Assembly: GCA_965198225.1 (NCBI GenBank)
Contig: CBDAOY010000008.1
Coordinates: 928,001 to 992,000 of the forward strand
Length of the DNA: 64,000 nucleotides
Direction of reading: 5' to 3'
Source: Terriglobia bacterium
GTDB taxonomy: Bacteria; Acidobacteriota; Terriglobia; 20CM-2-55-15
In this document: in pieces, positions 60,763 through 64,000 of the stretch
How positions within the stretch are numbered: position 1 is the stretch's first letter
Layout of the letters: each line of letters opens with the position of its first letter
The notes under the pieces: model-generated
Seen by the model: only the letters and a program-made list of their open reading frames with translations
Databases searched by the model: none
Told to the model about the DNA's origin: nothing
Program-made: the position numbers and the translations under genes

Positions 60763-60800
60763 CAAAGAAGGGGCTCGCGGTCGAAACCGCGAGCCCCTTC
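60763..60800 (-). terminator. intrinsic terminator
   Basis: Minus strand GAAGGGGCTCGCGGT-TTCG-ACCGCGAGCCCCTTC followed by TTT. Confidence 0.85.
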
Positions 60801-61110
60801 CTGATTCATCCCGAACATCCTCGTGTGAGGCGTGGCGCTGGTTGTTGGCGCAGCAGCATCCGGTGTCGCGGGGCGATCACCCAGCGCTGGAGTCAGGATT
60901 CAGATTGCATCCTGAAAGCGATCGCCGAAAACCACAGTGAGCTCGAACTTGAAGATGACCGAACGCCGATCACACGTCGTGCACCGCAACAGCTCAGAAA
61001 CGAAGTACCAGAGGAAAGGCCGAAACAGGCTCGTCGGGAAGACGTCGCCTCACCTGCCTTTCCATCAGTGTCCCTGAGCGGATATCCGTTCGGGTGCATG
61101 CGAGAGCCGC
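60801..61110 (-). ncRNA. putative structured RNA / long 3' UTR of the Lys-rich microprotein gene
   Basis: Long-range pairs 60810-16 with 61088-94 and 60825-32 with 61046-53; internal hairpins 60834-60888, 60893-60915, 61032-61044. Confidence 0.5.
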
Positions 61111-61112
61111 AA

Positions 61113-61304
61113 TTACTTCTTTTTCTTCTTGGCGGCCTTCTTCTTCGTAGCTTTCTTCTTAGCTGCTTTTTTCTTAGTTGCTTTCTTCTTAGTTGCTTTC
61201 TTCTTGGTCGCTTTCTTCTTGGTTGCTTTCTTCTTAGCAGCCTTCTTCTTGGTTGCTTTCTTCTTAGCAGCCTTCTTCTTGGGCGCTTTCTTCTTGGTTG
61301 CCAT
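61113..61304 (-). CDS. histone H1-like Lys/Ala-rich microprotein (63 aa)
   Basis: AAGGAG RBS; MATKKKAP(KKKA[AT])n KKKKK; 15-bp tandem units with variable synonymous positions. Confidence 0.8.
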   Translation of the reverse strand: MATKKKAPKKKAAKKKATKKKAAKKKATKKKATKKKATKKKATKKKAAKKKATKKKAAKKKKK

Positions 61305-61522
61305 AAGTGAAGTTTCTCCTTTTTCTCTTGTTGATTCATGCACGCTTCAAAACAACAAGCGTGCGTGAACAGTACTTAACTACAATCGCGAGGTGTTTTT
61401 CCAGTCTAGATTTCAACCAACACCCAACACGACAGCTTATTATTCTTGTCGGATTTCCCAGATCAGGTCCCTCCACCGCCGTATTAATTGCGTTAATTCG
61501 GACGCTGACGTAAGTTCTTCTC

Positions 61523-61984
61523 GTGCGATTGAGAGCTTGTTTGCCAGTTATCCTCTTGGTCCTTGCGGGATGCTCGGGTCTGGATACGTTGACCGAGGCC
61601 GTGCTCGTCGATGCCGAACAGCGATGGCGGAAGGAAGAGCCGGGGCTCTATCGTCTTGTCGTCGAGATGAGCGGCGAACGTGTCGAGACCGGTTTGTTCG
61701 AAGCTCTGGTGCGCGACGGAGCGGTGGTCAGTCTGAAACGCAACGGTCAGGTAGTCCTGCCCGACAGAGGTCAGGACTACTCGATGGAAGGCCTGTTCGG
61801 AATGCTGCGACAGGAGCTGGCACTGTCGGAGCGGCCCGCCCTGATGGGCGCACCGCCCGGCTTTGCTGCACATCTGCTCGTACGTTTTAACGACGAGACC
61901 GGAAGGTTGGAGCGCTACCGCCGGACGGTGGGAGGGGCGAACAACAACATCGAGATAACGGTCGTCGAGTACACCCCGCAGTGA
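61523..61984 (+). CDS. putative lipoprotein
   Basis: Lipobox LAGC after a hydrophobic signal peptide. Confidence 0.75.
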   Translation: MRLRACLPVILLVLAGCSGLDTLTEAVLVDAEQRWRKEEPGLYRLVVEMSGERVETGLFEALVRDGAVVSLKRNGQVVLPDRGQDYSMEGLFGMLRQELALSERPALMGAPPGFAAHLLVRFNDETGRLERYRRTVGGANNNIEITVVEYTPQ

Positions 61985-61992
61985 TCCAGTTA

Positions 61993-62113
61993 CCCGAACT
62001 TCTCACGAATGTTCGGGCATCCACATTTTCTCATCGGCGCCGCGCCCAGTCGTCCCCGAATTCGAACGCTTCGATCGTTGTCCCGACGTAATCCGGTGAG
62101 AAGCGCCGGCTAG
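61993..62113. repeat. family-B intergenic repeat ending at the CTAG stop of the dehydrogenase gene
   Basis: TTTTCTCATCGG ... CCGGTGAGAAGCGCCGGCTAG inverted ends; similar to 43506-43660 and to the tolB insert ends. Confidence 0.6.
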
Positions 62114-63069
62114 CCAGCGACGTTGACCGGCTTGCCTTCCAGGAACGCAAATACATTCTCGATCGTCATCGCCAGACCAGCTTCCGTCGTTTCCGGGGAG
62201 ATGCCTCCCGAGTGCGGCGTGAGGACCACGTTGGGAAGATCGAAGAAGGCACTTCCCTCCTCCAGGGGCTCATCGGCAAAAACGTCGAGGCCGGCACCCC
62301 CGATAGTTCCGCTTCGGAGAGCGTCGATCAAGGCAGGTTCATCGACCACGCCTCCACGCGCGGTGTTGATGAACAGGGCCGATGTCTTCATCAGCTCGAA
62401 GTGCTGACGCTCGATGAAACGATCTGTGTCGGGAGAGTGGCGAACATGCACGCTGACGACGTCGGACTCGCCGAACACTTCGTCGAATTCCACCCAGCGG
62501 AGAGGAATTTCCTTTTCCAATGCGGCCGTCGGGTGGAATGTCCACGCGATCACGTTCATCCCGATTCCGACTCCCAGGCGTGCAACCTGAGTCCCGATGG
62601 CTCCGGTCCCGATCAGCCCGAGCGTTTTCCCGTAGAGTTCGGTGATCATCGCGCGGGGCCACTCGCCCAGCCGTACCCGCCGGTCGACTTCGACGATTCG
62701 CCGACCCGCTGCAAGCATCAGCATCAGAGTGTGCTCACCGAGCGTGTACCTGGACACCGCAGGGGTGTTCGTCACACACACGCCCCGCTCGCGGGCCGCG
62801 ACGAGATCGACATTGTCCGTGCCGGTGCCCCAGATCGATATCATTCCGAGCGATGGGCACCGGTCGAACACTTCCCTGTCGAATCGACAGCTCGAGCGGA
62901 TGTTGATCACGACATCCGCATCGCCGATTCGCTCAGCGAGTTCGTCACGGCTCGCAGGGCGGGTGTCAAAGGAACGGACATCGTATCCGTCCAGTTTTTG
63001 GAAAGCCGCGCTGGGAACCATCACGGCCGGCTCGTCATCGGGTATGACGATTCGAGGGTGGGGGCTCAT
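62110..63069 (-). CDS. D-isomer-specific 2-hydroxyacid dehydrogenase (SerA-like)
   Basis: GTGTDNVD, GLIGTGAIG, INTARG, GLDVF..EP, TPH. Confidence 0.92.
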   Translation of the reverse strand: MSPHPRIVIPDDEPAVMVPSAAFQKLDGYDVRSFDTRPASRDELAERIGDADVVINIRSSCRFDREVFDRCPSLGMISIWGTGTDNVDLVAARERGVCVTNTPAVSRYTLGEHTLMLMLAAGRRIVEVDRRVRLGEWPRAMITELYGKTLGLIGTGAIGTQVARLGVGIGMNVIAWTFHPTAALEKEIPLRWVEFDEVFGESDVVSVHVRHSPDTDRFIERQHFELMKTSALFINTARGGVVDEPALIDALRSGTIGGAGLDVFADEPLEEGSAFFDLPNVVLTPHSGGISPETTEAGLAMTIENVFAFLEGKPVNVAG

Positions 63070-64000
63070 TCAAGGCCGTACCGCTTCAACTTGTTGATCA
63101 ACCCCTGGTGGCTCAATCCCAACAGTTTTGCCGCACGGCGCCTTTCGCCGTCGGTCTGCGACATCGCAGCACGGATCATCCGAATCTCGAGAGCGGTGAC
63201 ACGTTCCTTCAGCGGCTTGCTCTCCTCCTCACCGGCTGCGGGCGGAACCCCGGCAAGCTCCGTCGAGAGTTTCTCGTCGCGGATCGGGTCGGAGAAGTCA
63301 TCCCTCTGAATGAGATCGCCGGAGGAGAGTACGAGGGCCCGTTTGATCTCGTTCTCGAGCTCACGCACGTTTCCGGGCCATTCATACGAAGAAAGGGCCT
63401 GCATCGCTTCAGGCGCAAACCCTCTGGCGGAACTGCCGAGCTCCGGCCCGTACAACCGGAGAAAATGTGTGGCCAGCAGTGGGATGTCGCCGCGCATCTC
63501 CTTGAGCGAGGGCATCTCGAGACGGACAACGTTGAGCCGGAAGTAGAGGTCCTGTCGGAAGCGGCCGGCTTCGATCTCCTCCTTCAGGTCTTTGTTGGTT
63601 GCAGCGACGAGTCGGATGTCCACCGGAACCGGCGTTCGGCCTCCCACCCACTCGACTTCCTTTTCCTGTAGAGCGCGAAGAAGCTTGGCCTGCGCGGTCA
63701 GGCTCAGGTCGCCGATCTCGTCGAGAAAAAGCGTCCCTCCCGATGCCGATTCGATGCGGCCGACACGGCGCTCCACTCCAGTCGCTACTCCCTTCTCGAT
63801 ACCGAACAGCTCGGACTCGACCAACGCCTCGGGCAAAGCGGCGCAGTTGACGGCCACGAAAGGCTTTGGTCCTCGCGGGCCGCCGTAGTGGATGGCACGT
63901 GCCGTCAGCTCCTTGCCGGTTCCGTTTTCGCCTGTGATCAGCACCGACACCGTGGTTGCCGCCACCTTGTCGATCAGCTGGCGTATTTCATCGATGCGGC
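63066..64000 (-). CDS. sigma54-interaction AAA+ / Fis-HTH transcriptional regulator (5' part outside window)
   Basis: GENGTGKE, ESELFG, LFLDEIG, WPGNVREL, C-terminal HTH; frame open to the window edge. Confidence 0.93.
   Translation of the reverse strand, partial: RIDEIRQLIDKVAATTVSVLITGENGTGKELTARAIHYGGPRGPKPFVAVNCAALPEALVESELFGIEKGVATGVERRVGRIESASGGTLFLDEIGDLSLTAQAKLLRALQEKEVEWVGGRTPVPVDIRLVAATNKDLKEEIEAGRFRQDLYFRLNVVRLEMPSLKEMRGDIPLLATHFLRLYGPELGSSARGFAPEAMQALSSYEWPGNVRELENEIKRALVLSSGDLIQRDDFSDPIRDEKLSTELAGVPPAAGEEESKPLKERVTALEIRMIRAAMSQTDGERRRAAKLLGLSHQGLINKLKRYGLE

Noticed and set aside
61005-61045. RNase P RNA (GAGGAAAGGCC resembles GAGGAAAGUCC)
   Set aside because: Mismatch in the conserved core and no matching 3' ACAGAA...GGCUUA P4 strand
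61113-61300. CRISPR array, or plus-strand 'AFFLV' membrane ORF
   Set aside because: 15-bp tandem units without spacers; the RBS and synonymous variation support the minus-strand Lys-rich ORF

Overview
A GC-rich bacterial chromosome segment. Gene content and order are most like Acidobacteriota, which is an inference. Housekeeping blocks: psd-pssA-asd-like-guaA-dnaE-accA, msrPQ, tolQ-tolR-tonB/tolA-tolB-pal-cpoB-ssb-yajQ, recN, hemF, glgP and moaA. An accessory transport and metal block (about 13.2-21.8 kb) holds arsR-arsM, a CDF, two MFS, TMEM175, a queuosine-precursor transporter and two broken genes. There is a coenzyme F420 cluster (cofD-cofC-cofE-npdG) and a probable UGA-recoded selenoprotein disulfide oxidoreductase with a SECIS-like hairpin. 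The most unusual signals are non-coding: (1) a XerC/D dif-like site at 56361-56388 with an inverted partial copy about 80 bp away, resembling a CTX-type IMEX integration scar; (2) a 63-aa KKKA[TA]-repeat basic microprotein followed by a roughly 300-nt multi-stem RNA and a terminator; (3) a 168-bp palindromic element inserted in frame into the tolB signal-peptide region; (4) several MITE/REP families, some sitting at TAG stop codons. I saw no rRNA, tRNA, CRISPR array or intact transposase. All calls come from reading the sequence and recognising motifs; no database search was run.
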